From an uncultured candidate division Zixibacteria bacterium (GTDB lineage: Bacteria > Zixibacteria > MSB-5A5 > RBG-16-43-9): 64,000 nucleotides of DNA. Position 1 is the stretch's first letter. Each line of letters starts with the position of its first letter. Positions 62,983 to 64,000 of the stretch are shown one piece after another. Location: positions 768,001 through 832,000 of the forward strand of contig OY970208.1 in the NCBI GenBank assembly GCA_963713865.1. Reading direction: 5' to 3'. The position numbers were made by a program, and so were the translations under genes. The notes under the pieces are model-generated. The model saw only the letters and a program-made list of their open reading frames with translations. It was not told the DNA's origin and did no database searches.

Positions 62983-64000
62983 TATTTTAGTCTCTGCGAT
63001 ATGATTTTTGCTGTTTTCACTAATGCTTTAAGCGCTTCTGCCAAATCCCTCTTTTGTTTGATTTTCAAGGCTCCTATAGTCGTCTCGGTGTAATCATTTA
63101 ATGCCCTTAATAGACTAGCAATAGTATTAATCAATTTTCGAGGGGAAAATACCGGTTTTTGCATTTCTTCTGGGAAAAGAGATATATACTGTTCTCGTGC
63201 TTCCGAAAAAGTAAACGATCTATCTTTGACAAATTCTAAAAGAAGGTTTTTTGCCTTCGCAGCTTGATTCCTGTCTCTTCTTCTCTTTGTTAAGATACCG
63301 GCATCCCTTATTTGTTCAGCGCGGTCCACAAAACCAGCCGTAACTTTTTCGAACAATGCTTTTCTAATGTCATCAGGAGAGAATTTATCTTTTAACTCAG
63401 GGAAATTGCGGAAGGCAGGCTCTACTATTTTTTCTTCTATCTCAACTGCATAGCTGTAATAGCTTCTGTTCAGTTTATCATAGATCTGGTTTCTCAGGTA
63501 TTGCGGCCATCTAAGAAATCTCACCCTACTCTCGGCGGTCTCTTGGTCCATACCAGTCCTTACAGTTAGTTGTTTTATAAGCTCTTTTTCAACGTCAGTA
63601 TCTGGCGTACATGCGACTCTAATCTGCTCCTTTATTGAGGCAACTATTTTTTCTAAAGCCCTTGCTTGTTCTAGTGTGTCCCATCCTTCTTGGTTCATGT
63701 GTATTTGAAACATTGTAGTAAGAATATCAATGTGTCCACCCGGAGGTAAAACATATGCCGGTATTTTATCTCGATTGGTAGCAATTGCTGCTTTCCATCT
63801 CCGTTCGCCATCTATGAGCTGATATTTTATTTTACCTTCTTCTGTGGGGAGCTTTTTTATGATTATTGGTACTATTACGCCATATTTCGCAACTGATTCC
63901 TTCAATCGTAGGAAGTGTTTGTCCTTAGAGAAATCCTCATTCCGTGGATTCTCGTGACTTGGCTTAATATGTACTGGCGACGGCCACTCAAGTTTGCCGA
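62982..64000 (-). CDS. ParB/Sulfiredoxin N-terminal domain protein (start lies beyond the window edge)
   Basis: VPIII...YQLIDGERRWKA; frame stays open to position 64000 (…IKPSHENPR…LKESV). Confidence 0.85.
   Translation of the reverse strand, partial: GKLEWPSPVHIKPSHENPRNEDFSKDKHFLRLKESVAKYGVIVPIIIKKLPTEEGKIKYQLIDGERRWKAAIATNRDKIPAYVLPPGGHIDILTTMFQIHMNQEGWDTLEQARALEKIVASIKEQIRVACTPDTDVEKELIKQLTVRTGMDQETAESRVRFLRWPQYLRNQIYDKLNRSYYSYAVEIEEKIVEPAFRNFPELKDKFSPDDIRKALFEKVTAGFVDRAEQIRDAGILTKRRRDRNQAAKAKNLLLEFVKDRSFTFSEAREQYISLFPEEMQKPVFSPRKLINTIASLLRALNDYTETTIGALKIKQKRDLAEALKALVKTAKIISQRLK

Overview
Bacterial chromosomal window using the standard genetic code. The secreted proteins with cohesin, dockerin and FlgD-type tails resemble those of FCB-group candidate phyla such as Zixibacteria; this assignment is an inference. 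Core or ordinary content: perR-katA-msrAB, pruA, an NfeD/SPFH operon, mtgA, a WbpB-like dehydrogenase, tmRNA, tRNA-Asp/Val/Leu, nadE-fhs-ferritin-wrbA-peroxiredoxin and tig-clpP-purA. Accessory content: (i) a decaying integron region (about 23.4-37.6 kb) with two integrase remnants that read towards their cassettes, three recognisable attC sites, a duplicated perfect-consensus promoter module and mostly defence-like cassettes (HEPN-like protein, R-M pair, TM/CxxC protein); (ii) a Y1/RAYT-like transposase with REP doublets, a near-identical copy of which sits at the truncation point of a cysteine synthase gene 32 kb away; (iii) a secreted propeller-rhodanese-beta-helix-dockerin gene interrupted by an in-frame UGA in a Cys-flanked loop (selenoprotein candidate); (iv) a sigma54-preceded response regulator / GcvH-like / HybA-like / NrfD operon divergent from a degenerate enhancer-binding protein and an archaemetzincin; (v) at the right edge, a translationally coupled ParB/Srx + nuclease-like-HD + B12-binding radical SAM operon, the best candidate for an undescribed system. 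Several genes carry nonsense or frameshift lesions. All calls come from reading motifs by eye; no database searches were run.
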